The position numbers and the translations under genes were made by a program. The notes beneath the pieces were generated by a model. It was not told the DNA's origin. It searched no databases and was given only the letters and a program-made list of their open reading frames with translations. A stretch of 64,000 bases of DNA from a virus (taxonomy: Duplodnaviria > Heunggongvirae > Uroviricota > Caudoviricetes). How positions within the stretch are numbered: the first letter of the stretch is position 1; every line of letters starts with the position of its first letter. The DNA is taken from positions 42,259 to 106,258 of IMG/VR virus record IMGVR_UViG_2576861193_000004; one strand, given 5' to 3'. Below, piece by piece: positions 28,992 through 38,367 of this stretch.

Positions 28992-29129
28992 CCGCCGTTC
29001 CTGAACCGGCATCGAGCCTTTTCCCGAAATCCACACAGGCAACTCGACCGTTTCCCTGAAAACCTCCAGCCGTTCCCCGAAGGCAACCCAGCCGTTTCTG
29101 TAGCGGGATGCAGCCTTTTCCCTGTATGG
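28992..29129 (+). repeat. iteron-like direct repeat array (6 copies, GCC(G/T)TT(T)CC core)
   Basis: cgccgttcctgaa / gagccttttcccgaaat / cgaccgtttccctgaaaac / cagccgttccccgaagg / cagccgtttctgtagc / cagccttttccctgtat at about 22 bp spacing; same family as array at 25861-25981. Confidence 0.5.
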
Positions 29130-29229
29130 ACCTAAGGCTGACCGTAGGGGTGTTACGGGGGATAAAATCAGGAGTTGATTAAATACGAAAAAGGAGGCGA
29201 CACCCCTCCTTCCCTCCCCACTTATACAT

Positions 29230-29995
29230 ACCTGTCTTGTTCGCTATACATGTTGTGTTTTCTTCGTGTTTTATCTGTCTCAACCTCTCTATAGGCGTTA
29301 ATGCTCACTCCTTCCAGAATGTTCTATACGGCGACTATTTCTGTTGGTGAATTGGGTGTGTTGTTTTCTCTGTCGGTGTATGTGGTTTCGTTCGTTTTGC
29401 GGTGGTTCTTCTATGGGGTGTTCTCGTCGTTTTGGTGATTGTTCTTCTCCGTGTATGGAGTAATGGCAGGTGGGCGATTCCTTTCGTTATTGTGTTTGAG
29501 TTGTTTGTCTGGAGTGTGAAAGGCTTTTGTAGTTATTCGTGTATTGGGTAATGGCGTTTCCCGTGATTGTTATGTTTCGTGTCTTTTGGGATTGAGAGAA
29601 ACCTTGCGGTTACAGGCTTCGTTGGGGTTTCAGTGATTCTGGTGTTTCTTCGCTGTTTGGGTAATGGCGTGTCGTGGGTATCGCGCGTATGAATGTTTTC
29701 GGATTGCCTGTGAAAGTTAGGTTGGTTGTCCGGTAGCCTGGGGAGAAGAGGTGGGTCTTTTCGGTAGCCTGCCATAAAGAGGTTGGTTGTTTTGGGGAAT
29801 GGCATGTGTGTTATTTAGTTGTTTTGTTATGCCTGAAAATAAGTTGTTTATATGGTTGTGTAACGCAACGGGAACGATTTTGAGCGTGTGTTTTTGTTGG
29901 TGGTGTGTTGGGTCGTCTGTGGTGAAAATTGGACGCTGTGGCGCTGTCTGCTGCGTAGAATTACGGGTATAAGAAGTGATGTGTGAATACGTCAA
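29230..29995 (+). other. ORF-free tract with extreme G+T strand bias (C+A-rich on minus strand)
   Basis: Plus strand almost devoid of A and C over about 0.75 kb; only low-complexity ORFs on minus strand; contains CGGTAGCCTG..AGAGGTKGGT motif also present at 26555-26620. Confidence 0.5.
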
Positions 29996-30192
29996 TTTTT
30001 TAGACCAAATCGGGTGAAAGCGTTGACGTTTCGTTGATCTGTTATTCAGTTGTTTTCTTATTGGTATAAACAACGTTAACCTATTGATATTTAAAGGTGT
30101 GATTGCAGGTATGGAAGGAGAGTAGTGGCGATCAACAGATTCTTATAGAAAAGAATCAAATTGTGACCGCCATTATCAATAAGTTGCAACCG

Positions 30193-30762
30193 TTAGTTGT
30201 TCAGATAAACATTTGGAACACGGACGTAGAAGTTCCTGTCGCCGGTAAGTTCCAGAGTAATGTTAATGTCATTACCATTGTCTAGTGTAGCCGTTGCTCT
30301 ATAGAACTTATCCGTCACCTTGTCCTCTATTGTCACCTTCATACATTTTGGTGCAGTCGAACCGTTATTCTCTTTCAGAATAGTTGTCACGAGAGGGCAG
30401 GCTGCTTCTTCAAGAGCAACCTCGTCCTTGTGTGGGATGCCGATGAAGATAATCCAAGCCAGCGACGCAACGATTATGATAAATGGCACTCTGCTGCCTT
30501 TTGTAATAGTCGCGCGCTTCCAGAGATAGACAGGCAGGAGGAATACCCCCCATAGAATTGAAGGTGGTTCACAGCCAGACTCCGATAGAGCCATTCTGTC
30601 AGCTACTAACAAACCGATGGTAGTTACACCCCCAATTATAATAGCGTAATTGGTATACTCTTCCGGCGATACTCCAAAGAAGAAAGGCATGAACGCTAGA
30701 ATCCACGCATAAATGTTATTCAGAGGTTTTGTTTGTTGGTTCTGGGTTTCCATCACATCCAT
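30193..30762 (-). CDS. hypothetical membrane protein (N-terminal TM helices + C-terminal soluble domain)
   Basis: Hydrophobic segments IYAWILAFMPFFFGV, AIIIGGVTTIGLLVA, ILWGVFLLPVYLW, FIIIVASLAWIIFIGI. Confidence 0.35.
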   Translation of the reverse strand: MDVMETQNQQTKPLNNIYAWILAFMPFFFGVSPEEYTNYAIIIGGVTTIGLLVADRMALSESGCEPPSILWGVFLLPVYLWKRATITKGSRVPFIIIVASLAWIIFIGIPHKDEVALEEAACPLVTTILKENNGSTAPKCMKVTIEDKVTDKFYRATATLDNGNDINITLELTGDRNFYVRVPNVYLNN

Positions 30763-30914
30763 TCCATCACATAAAAATCGCGTTTATATATTATCAATTT
30801 TCTCACTTGTATAACCTAAATACGCATCCGTTTATCAATCCACCTTCCACAAACATCAGCTTTAGCTATGAAAAATAACAATCTCAAAGTGAAAACCATT
30901 ATCATAGGAAACGA

Positions 30915-31100
30915 TTAGATGAGATGGTCTAATTCATCATCTATCATTGCTTTAACACTTGAGTCATTAACCCCGTATTGATTTATGAGCCGTTTCAGCT
31001 CCGGTGAAAACTGAAGGTAGATATCGTGAGCGTTTTTCACTGTAGGTTCAACGCCACGCATTTCAAGCGCCTTTAGTAGATATGAGTCTTCTTTAAGCAT
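30915..31100 (-). CDS. hypothetical small protein
   Basis: 61 aa ORF downstream of 31137-31436. Confidence 0.25.
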   Translation of the reverse strand: MLKEDSYLLKALEMRGVEPTVKNAHDIYLQFSPELKRLINQYGVNDSSVKAMIDDELDHLI

Positions 31101-31136
31101 AAATTCTCCGTTATCTAGTATGAAGCGATTGCCGGA

Positions 31137-31436
31137 TTACCATTGCCAGCACTCTAGCCCTTCAACGACCGGTGCACCACAATCAAAATGTACAGAGTCA
31201 AAGCCTACATCAAGTACTTTCTGAATGTTAGCAATCGCGCCTTCGGATATACCATATCGACGCAAGTCATCTTTCCAGACATCATCCTGTAACCCGGCGT
31301 GGACAATACAACCGCCATCAATTTGTGAAACCCAATCCAGCTCATTGCTTGCGATCATGAATCGGCGAGCATCTTCCTCTGATGTATGAGATGAACTGAT
31401 CAATGCCACCTGGTAGGCTTGGGTAATGTTCAACAT
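31137..31436 (-). CDS. hypothetical protein
   Basis: 99 aa; two motif-1 palindromes upstream (31448-31465, 31497-31514). Confidence 0.3.
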   Translation of the reverse strand: MLNITQAYQVALISSSHTSEEDARRFMIASNELDWVSQIDGGCIVHAGLQDDVWKDDLRRYGISEGAIANIQKVLDVGFDSVHFDCGAPVVEGLECWQW

Positions 31437-31447
31437 TTCAACAACTC

Positions 31448-31465
31448 CGAAACAATTTGTTTTCT
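31448..31465. promoter_or_regulatory. motif-1 palindrome
   Basis: gaaacaatttgttttctt preceded by caactccg. Confidence 0.5.
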
Positions 31466-31496
31466 TATGTGGCTTATTATCTCAATCAACAAAAGG

Positions 31497-31514
31497 TAGA
31501 AAACAAATTGTTTT
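31497..31514. promoter_or_regulatory. motif-1 palindrome
   Basis: agaaaacaaattgtttta; last phage-type signal before metG terminator. Confidence 0.5.
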
Positions 31515-31549
31515 AGGGTTTGTTAAAGTCAGAAGGGGTTGTGTCTATA

Positions 31550-31580
31550 TGAAAATGCCCAGCGTGTTGCCGGGCATTGC
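31550..31580 (-). terminator. putative terminator downstream of metG
   Basis: aatgccc-N11-gggcatt 7-bp stem just after metG stop, followed on minus strand by ttcatat. Confidence 0.35.
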
Positions 31581-31597
31581 GAACAGAGGTTGTTTAA

Positions 31598-33631
31598 TTA
31601 CTTAACCTGGTGGCCTGGTTTAGCACCAGCATCCGGGCTTAACAGGAAGATATCTTTCCCGCCGGGGCCAGCAGCCATCACCATGCCTTCGGAGATACCG
31701 AAGCGCATTTTACGCGGAGCCAGGTTAGCCACCATAATGGTGTGACGACCAATCAGTGCCTGTGGGTCTGGATAAGCAGAACGGATGCCTGAGAAGACAT
31801 TACGCTTTTCACCACCGAGATCCAGTGTCAGACGCAGCAGTTTGTCAGAACCTTCGACAAACTCCGCGTTTTCAATCAGCGCCACACGCAGGTCAACTTT
31901 GGCGAAGTCGTCAAAGGTGATGGTTTCCTGAATCGGGTCGTCAGCCAGTGGGCCAGTTACCGGTGCAGCTGTGGCTTTCACTTCTTCTTTGGATGCTTCC
32001 ACCAGTGCTTCCACCTGTTTCATATCGATACGGTTATACAGTGCCTTGAACGGATTCACTTTATGGCCCAGCAGCGGTTGCTGGATACCATCCCAGGTCA
32101 GTTCTGTATTCAGGAATGCTTCTGCACGTTCAGTCAGTTTCGGCAGTACCGGTTTCAGGTACGTCATCAGCACGCGGAACAGGTTAATGCCCATAGAGCA
32201 AATCGCCTGCAGGTCGGCATCGCGGCCTTCCTGCTTCGCCACCACCCACGGAGCCTGTTCATCAACATAGCGGTTAGCCAGGTCAGCCAGTGACATGATT
32301 TCACGGATAGCTTTGCCAAATTCGCGGCTTTCCCACGCTTCACCAATCACTTCAGCGGCATCAGTGAAGGTTTTGTACAGTTGCGGGTCAGCCAGTTCGC
32401 TTGCCAGCACGCCGTCAAAACGTTTGTTGATAAAACCTGCATTACGGGAGGCCAGGTTAACCACTTTGTTCACGATATCGGCATTCACGCGCTGAACAAA
32501 ATCTTCCAGGTTGAGATCGATATCATCAATGCGCGAAGAGAGTTTCGCAGTGTAGTAGTAACGCAGGCTGTCGGCGTCAAAATGATTCAGCCAGGTGCTG
32601 GCTTTAATAAAGGTGCCGCGAGACTTGGACATCTTCGCGCCGTTCACCGTCACATAGCCGTGAACAAACAGGTTGGTCGGCTTGCGGAAGTTGCTGCCTT
32701 CCAGCATGGCAGGCCAGAACAGGCTGTGGAAGTAAACGATATCTTTACCGATGAAGTGGTACAGCTCGGCGGTGGAGTCTTTCTTCCAGTATTCGTCGAA
32801 GCTGGTAGTGTCGCCGCGTTTGTCGCACAGATTCTTGAAGGAACCCATGTAGCCAATCGGCGCGTCCAGCCAGACGTAGAAATATTTGCCCGGTGCGTTC
32901 GGAATTTCAAAACCGAAGTACGGCGCATCGCGGGAGATATCCCACTGTTGCAGGCCAGATTCAAACCACTCCTGCATTTTGTTTGCCACCTGCTCCTGCA
33001 ACGCACCGCTGCGGGTCCATGCCTGCAACATTTCGCTGAAAGAGGGCAGATCAAAGAAGAAGTGTTCAGAATCACGCATTACCGGCGTAGCGCCAGAAAC
33101 CACCGATTTCGGCTCGATCAATTCAGTCGGGCTATATGTTGCGCCGCAGACTTCACAGTTATCGCCGTATTGATCTGGCGCTTTACATTTAGGACAGGTG
33201 CCTTTTACAAAACGGTCCGGCAGGAACATGCCTTTTTCCGGGTCGTACAACTGAGAGATAGTGCGGTTTTTAATAAAACCGTTCTCTTTCAGGCGAGTAT
33301 AGATAAGCTCAGACAACTGACGGTTCTCTTCGCTGTGCGTCGAGTGATAGTTGTCATAGCTGATGTTAAAGCCTGCGAAATCAGTCTGGTGTTCCTGACT
33401 CATTTCGCCAATCATCTGCTCCGGTGTGATACCAAGCTGCTGTGCTTTCAGCATGATCGGCGTACCGTGGGCATCGTCGGCACAGATGAAATTAACCTCG
33501 TGGCCGCGCATTCGCTGGTAACGAACCCAGACATCAGCCTGGATGTGCTCCAGCATATGGCCGAGGTGGATTGAGCCGTTAGCGTACGGCAGCGCGCACG
33601 TCACCAGAATTTTCTTCGCGACTTGGGTCAT
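31598..33631 (-). CDS. metG: methionine--tRNA ligase
   Basis: Translation from [26 protein letters not shown] (HIGH motif) through KMSKS to C-terminal tRNA-binding domain ending [10 protein letters not shown]; 677 aa from ATG 33631; ORF track N-terminal extension rejected. Confidence 0.95.
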   Translation of the reverse strand: MTQVAKKILVTCALPYANGSIHLGHMLEHIQADVWVRYQRMRGHEVNFICADDAHGTPIMLKAQQLGITPEQMIGEMSQEHQTDFAGFNISYDNYHSTHSEENRQLSELIYTRLKENGFIKNRTISQLYDPEKGMFLPDRFVKGTCPKCKAPDQYGDNCEVCGATYSPTELIEPKSVVSGATPVMRDSEHFFFDLPSFSEMLQAWTRSGALQEQVANKMQEWFESGLQQWDISRDAPYFGFEIPNAPGKYFYVWLDAPIGYMGSFKNLCDKRGDTTSFDEYWKKDSTAELYHFIGKDIVYFHSLFWPAMLEGSNFRKPTNLFVHGYVTVNGAKMSKSRGTFIKASTWLNHFDADSLRYYYTAKLSSRIDDIDLNLEDFVQRVNADIVNKVVNLASRNAGFINKRFDGVLASELADPQLYKTFTDAAEVIGEAWESREFGKAIREIMSLADLANRYVDEQAPWVVAKQEGRDADLQAICSMGINLFRVLMTYLKPVLPKLTERAEAFLNTELTWDGIQQPLLGHKVNPFKALYNRIDMKQVEALVEASKEEVKATAAPVTGPLADDPIQETITFDDFAKVDLRVALIENAEFVEGSDKLLRLTLDLGGEKRNVFSGIRSAYPDPQALIGRHTIMVANLAPRKMRFGISEGMVMAAGPGGKDIFLLSPDAGAKPGHQVK

Positions 33632-33788
33632 AGTAGGCATTACTTCTTTGTAGTGAAAAGGGGCTTGATAGTAACAAAATGGCCTTATGTCTGCCATGTG
33701 ATAACAGCATTTCTCATAAATGATTAAATGTCGTAGCTGGAGTACACTACAAGGCGACAATTGCGCAAATTAAAATAAAGGAGACGGG

Positions 33789-34889
33789 ATGAGCGAGTCC
33801 AAATCGCCGGATGCCCTGAGAGCAATGGTAGCCGGTACGCTGGCTAATTTTCAGCACCCAACCCTGAAACACAACCTGACTACGCTTAAAGCGTTACACC
33901 ATGTTGCGTTGATGGATGACACACTGCATGTCGAACTAATCATGCCTTTCGTGTGGAATAAGCCTTTTGAAGACCTGAAAGAGCAATGTAGTGGTGATCT
34001 GCTCCGTATCACTGGCGCAAAGGCTATTGACTGGAAGCTGTCGTACAACATTGCCACGCTTAAGCGCGTCAAAAACCAACCAGGCATTAATGGCGTTAAG
34101 AACATTATCGCCGTCAGCTCAGGCAAGGGCGGCGTGGGTAAATCCTCCACGGCGGTAAACCTGGCACTGGCGTTGGCTGCTGAAGGTGCGAAAGTTGGTA
34201 TTTTGGATGCCGATATCTATGGTCCATCAATTCCAACCATGCTGGGCGCGGAAAACCAACGTCCAACCTCACCTGACGGTACTCACATGGCACCTATCAT
34301 GTCTCATGGCCTGGCAACCAACTCTATTGGTTATCTGGTCACCGACGACAATGCAATGGTGTGGCGTGGACCGATGGCCAGCAAGGCGCTGATGCAGATG
34401 TTGCAGGAAACTCTATGGCCTGATCTGGACTATCTCGTTCTCGATATGCCGCCGGGCACTGGTGATATTCAGTTGACGCTGGCGCAGAACATTCCTGTAA
34501 CTGGTGCGGTTGTGGTAACTACGCCGCAAGACATCGCGCTGATCGATGCGAAGAAAGGCATTGTGATGTTCGAAAAAGTCGAAGTGCCGGTACTGGGTAT
34601 CGTCGAAAACATGAGTGTGCATATTTGCAGTAACTGCGGTCATCACGAGCCAATTTTTGGCACCGGTGGCGCACAGAAACTGGCCGAGAAATACAACACG
34701 CAGTTGTTAGGCCAAATGCCACTTCATATCTCTCTTCGTGAAGATCTGGATAACGGAACACCAACCGTTATTAGTCGTCCAGATAGCGAATTTACGGCTA
34801 TTTATCGTGACCTCGCAGATCGCGTTGCTGCCCAAATGTATTGGCAAGGTGAAGTAATACCTGGCGAAATCGCATTCCGCGCAGTGTGA
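33789..34889 (+). CDS. apbC: Fe-S cluster carrier ATPase ApbC/Mrp
   Basis: 366 aa; Walker A SGKGGVGKS, CxxC-type motif CSNCGH; divergent from metG with a 157-bp intergenic region as in E. coli. Confidence 0.9.
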   Translation: MSESKSPDALRAMVAGTLANFQHPTLKHNLTTLKALHHVALMDDTLHVELIMPFVWNKPFEDLKEQCSGDLLRITGAKAIDWKLSYNIATLKRVKNQPGINGVKNIIAVSSGKGGVGKSSTAVNLALALAAEGAKVGILDADIYGPSIPTMLGAENQRPTSPDGTHMAPIMSHGLATNSIGYLVTDDNAMVWRGPMASKALMQMLQETLWPDLDYLVLDMPPGTGDIQLTLAQNIPVTGAVVVTTPQDIALIDAKKGIVMFEKVEVPVLGIVENMSVHICSNCGHHEPIFGTGGAQKLAEKYNTQLLGQMPLHISLREDLDNGTPTVISRPDSEFTAIYRDLADRVAAQMYWQGEVIPGEIAFRAV

Positions 34890-34890
34890 T

Positions 34891-34920
34891 AAAAAGGCGG
34901 TGCATTGCACCGCCTAATCA
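34891..34920. terminator. bidirectional hairpin terminator between apbC and the umuD'-like gene
   Basis: aaaaa-ggcggtgca-t-tgcaccgcc; A-run on one side gives a U-run for the minus-strand transcript. Confidence 0.5.
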
Positions 34921-34926
34921 GTTCTC

Positions 34927-35316
34927 CTACATCACGGGACAATCATCAAACTCGCCACTTCTTGCGTCGTTGATAATGTGAGTGATCACACCAAACACGG
35001 CATTGCTGCCCGTGCATCCATCGTCATCCTTTGGCAATGCTTCCTTCTTACCGGTTCTTAAATCCTCCAGATGCTGACGTGGGTACTTCCGGTATCTTTT
35101 TACGCGATATTCCCCATCCAGAGCGCATACAAGCAGAGAACCATCAACCGGGGTAAGTGAGGAATCGACCACCAGCAATGCACCCTGTAATATTCCCTCA
35201 CGATGATGACTATCAGCTGCCCTCATGAAGTAGGTCGCTGAAGGATGTCTAATTATCTGCTGATCAAGAGAAATACGGCTCTCAGCATAATCCGCCGCAG
35301 GAGAAGGGAAGCCCAT
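34927..35316 (-). CDS. umuD: UmuD'-like peptidase S24 protein (P1 HumD-like; encoded without the UmuD N-terminal arm)
   Basis: 129 aa starting MGFPSPAADY, which matches UmuD just after its autocleavage region; LexA box 20 bp upstream. Confidence 0.75.
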   Translation of the reverse strand: MGFPSPAADYAESRISLDQQIIRHPSATYFMRAADSHHREGILQGALLVVDSSLTPVDGSLLVCALDGEYRVKRYRKYPRQHLEDLRTGKKEALPKDDDGCTGSNAVFGVITHIINDARSGEFDDCPVM

Positions 35317-35334
35317 AGCGTTTTCACCTCAGAG

Positions 35335-35354
35335 TACTGTTTATCCATACAGTA
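35335..35354 (-). promoter_or_regulatory. LexA (SOS) box
   Basis: Gene-strand TACTGTATGGATAAACAGTA = CTGT-N8-ACAG consensus, followed by GAGG RBS and ATG of the umuD'-like gene. Confidence 0.7.
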
Positions 35355-35414
35355 TACATTAAAGATGCTTGAAGTGTGCAATAGCGCGATGCTTTGCGCT
35401 CGCCTGGTGGCGCG

Positions 35415-35678
35415 TTATTTTTTGGCTATATCTTCTTTCTGATATACCGGATCGTTTCCTTTTGGCAGCAGGAGGCTTAACTGCCGGTAGTGCCGTAGCC
35501 GTTCCATGAAATAGGTGCGCAGGTTCTCAGGTTGCTCACGGGCTACCTGTTCCGCTATGACGGGTATGTTCAATCGCTCTTTGTAGGCAACCCCCCTGGC
35601 AGCCAGGTCAACGTTAACTTTATTCCTTTCTTCCTGGCTTTTAGCTGCTATGTTCCATTCGTTCATATTAAATCCCAT
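35415..35678 (-). CDS. holE: DNA polymerase III theta subunit homolog (P1 Hot-like)
   Basis: [42 protein letters not shown] closely parallels E. coli theta [42 protein letters not shown]; true start may be the internal MNEWNIAAK. Confidence 0.65.
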   Translation of the reverse strand: MGFNMNEWNIAAKSQEERNKVNVDLAARGVAYKERLNIPVIAEQVAREQPENLRTYFMERLRHYRQLSLLLPKGNDPVYQKEDIAKK

Positions 35679-36134
35679 CCAGAATAATTGAATAACGGCT
35701 ATTATTTAGTCGCCGCAATATCTTCAAAGTTTTTTTTCTCACCCCATTGCTTTTTGCGCACAGCTTATCTGGCTTGCGGTGCGCGAAATGTAAATTCGCC
35801 TTCAGAGTTATCCACAAAGTTATGCACTTGCAACGGGGCCATTTTCCTCATACCGTGTTTGCACACACAGGAAATGGATATTTTATTAATTGAATTTTAT
35901 TAAATAATAATGATAAGGAGAAAATTTGAGATGTAATCATGACATTAATAGATAGGGCCTGCATTACAGGCCCCAACTACATCAAGGAATTCACAGTTCC
36001 CTGATTTTTATACCGAAAACATGTGCCGTAAGTTCACGTTAACGACTTTCTTTCACCGAATCCAACTATATAGAGGTTGGGTTTCTACGTCAACGTGAGA
36101 GCACGCAGCTTTACATTAGACGAGGATTACCCTG

Positions 36135-36272
36135 ATGATTGTATTTTTTCAGTTTCTAAGTGCATTTTTAAATGCGCCTGTTCTTAGCCAAGTGCTGGCG
36201 ATTGTCTTCATCGTGGTTCTGATATGGTTTTTCAAGTCAGTGATAAACAGAGGCGTGCGCTGGCTTATTTAA
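36135..36272 (+). CDS. small hydrophobic peptide (45 aa), possible membrane toxin-like protein
   Basis: MIVFFQFLSAFLNAPVLSQVLAIVFIVVLIWFFKSVINRGVRWLI; RBS gagga 8 nt upstream; below ORF-track size cutoff. Confidence 0.3.
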   Translation: MIVFFQFLSAFLNAPVLSQVLAIVFIVVLIWFFKSVINRGVRWLI

Positions 36273-36804
36273 TGTCGCGATGAGATATTAATTCCCTTGC
36301 TGTTTAACCATTTTTTGTGTGTGCTGGTGAGCGTGTGAAGGCTCAATTTGTTGCCCACCAGTATTTACTATTTCTAAGCTCCACAGTGTCACTTCCGCAC
36401 AAACAACTTAGCGCGGAATCAGTATTCGGCCCAAGATGTAAAAAGCCAACCTGCGTTATGGTTCGCATTTCCAAATAGTGTTCTGAACGCCCTTGCCGGG
36501 CGCGAGATGTAGATTAGCGTTCACGCTATGCTGATATACGGCTTTAGACTTTCCATATTGCTGACAGGCTTTATCTGCGGTTTTTTGCAGGCTATCCAGC
36601 CCATACCAGCCATCAGACTGGATGCTTACCTTTTCACCGTCATTGTATTGCACCATCGCGCACCCAAACATGGCTATCATCGCACCGACAATACCACTTT
36701 TCCAAAAAGCTCTAATTAGGTCATTCGTTACCTAATGTCCGAACTGCTAAAGCATCCAAGTTGCTGTAGAATCACCGCCAATTACATAAGCCTGAAATAA
36801 GTGG

Positions 36805-38367
36805 ATGAAAATGACAAGTATTCAACAACGTGCAGAGCTTCATCGTCAAATCTGGCAAATTGCTAACGATGTCAGGGGTTCGGTCGATGGATGGGATTTT
36901 AAGCAATACGTTCTGGGCGCACTTTTCTACCGTTTTATCAGCGAAAATTTTTCCAGTTATATTGAAGCCGGTGATGACAGTATCTGTTATGCGAAACTGG
37001 ATGACAGCGTAATTACTGATGACATTAAAGACGATGCCATCAAAACTAAAGGCTACTTCATCTACCCCAGTCAGCTTTTCTGCAACGTAGCTGCGAAAGC
37101 AAATACTAATGACAGACTGAATGCAGATTTAAACAGCATCTTCGTTGCTATCGAAAGTTCTGCTTACGGTTATCCTTCAGAAGCAGACATCAAAGGTTTG
37201 TTTGCTGATTTCGATACCACCAGTAACCGCCTGGGTAACACCGTTAAAGATAAAAATGCCCGCCTGGCTGCGGTTCTGAAAGGGGTTGAAGGGTTAAAAC
37301 TTGGTGACTTCAACGAACATCAGATTGACCTGTTCGGTGATGCCTATGAGTTCCTGATTTCTAACTATGCGGCAAATGCCGGTAAGTCAGGCGGTGAGTT
37401 CTTTACACCGCAGCACGTCTCCAGGCTGATTGCACAACTGGCAATGCATGGCCAGACCCACGTTAACAAAATCTACGACCCGGCAGCGGGTTCCGGCTCA
37501 CTGTTGTTGCAGGCGAAAAAACAGTTTGATAACCACATCATCGAAGAAGGCTTTTTCGGTCAGGAAATCAACCATACGACCTATAACCTGGCGCGTATGA
37601 ACATGTTTTTGCACAATATCAACTACGACAAGTTTGATATCAAGCTGGGTAATACACTGACTGAGCCGCACTTCAGAGATGAAAAACCGTTTGACGCCAT
37701 CGTATCTAACCCACCGTATTCGGTGAAATGGATTGGCAGCGATGACCCGACGCTGATTAACGATGAGCGTTTTGCCCCGGCTGGCGTTCTGGCCCCCAAA
37801 TCCAAAGCTGACTTTGCGTTTGTATTACATGCACTGAACTATCTTTCTGCCAAAGGTCGTGCTGCGATTGTCTGCTTCCCGGGTATTTTTTACCGTGGCG
37901 GCGCGGAGCAGAAAATCCGTCAGTATCTGGTCGATAATAACTATGTCGAAACCGTGATTTCACTGGCACCGAACCTGTTCTTTGGCACCACCATTGCAGT
38001 AAACATTCTGGTGCTGTCTAAACATAAAACGGATACCAACGTTCAGTTTATTGACGCCAGCGAACTGTTCAAAAAAGAGACTAACAACAATATCCTGACC
38101 GATGCCCATATCGAACAGATTATGCAGGTATTTGCCAGCAAGGAAGATGTTGCTCATCTGGCGAAATCTGTCACGTTTGAGACCGTTGTCGCGAATGACT
38201 ATAACCTGTCGGTAAGCAGCTATGTGGAAGCGAAAGATACTCGCGAAATTATCGATATCGCTGAGTTGAATGCAGAACTGAAAACCACGGTCAGCAAAAT
38301 CGACCAGTTGCGTAAAGATATTGATGCGATTGTGGCTGAAATTGAAGGCTGCGAGGTGCAGAAATGA
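36805..38367 (+). CDS. hsdM: Type I restriction-modification methyltransferase subunit
   Basis: 520 aa; AdoMet motif [10 protein letters not shown], catalytic NPPY (VSNPPYS); start of next gene overlaps stop by 4 nt. Confidence 0.95.
   Translation: MKMTSIQQRAELHRQIWQIANDVRGSVDGWDFKQYVLGALFYRFISENFSSYIEAGDDSICYAKLDDSVITDDIKDDAIKTKGYFIYPSQLFCNVAAKANTNDRLNADLNSIFVAIESSAYGYPSEADIKGLFADFDTTSNRLGNTVKDKNARLAAVLKGVEGLKLGDFNEHQIDLFGDAYEFLISNYAANAGKSGGEFFTPQHVSRLIAQLAMHGQTHVNKIYDPAAGSGSLLLQAKKQFDNHIIEEGFFGQEINHTTYNLARMNMFLHNINYDKFDIKLGNTLTEPHFRDEKPFDAIVSNPPYSVKWIGSDDPTLINDERFAPAGVLAPKSKADFAFVLHALNYLSAKGRAAIVCFPGIFYRGGAEQKIRQYLVDNNYVETVISLAPNLFFGTTIAVNILVLSKHKTDTNVQFIDASELFKKETNNNILTDAHIEQIMQVFASKEDVAHLAKSVTFETVVANDYNLSVSSYVEAKDTREIIDIAELNAELKTTVSKIDQLRKDIDAIVAEIEGCEVQK

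Noticed and set aside
29533-30073. Minus-strand ORFs 29533-29805 and 29717-30073 in the GT-skewed tract
   Set aside because: Their Pro/Thr/His/Asn/Gln-rich low-complexity translations are what a C/A-rich strand gives in any frame; no RBS or coupling evidence.
32381-33574. 397-aa plus-strand ORF overlapping metG
   Set aside because: It is antisense to the unmistakable metG reading frame, so it is a chance open frame.
33632-33760. ORF-track N-terminal extension of metG (MSPCSVLQ...)
   Set aside because: The canonical MetG N-terminus MTQVAKKIL begins at 33631; the extension runs into the divergent promoter region shared with apbC.
35688-35903. 71-aa plus-strand ORF next to the hot-like gene
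   Set aside because: Cys-rich low-complexity translation with no RBS; more likely promoter/leader sequence for the divergent genes.
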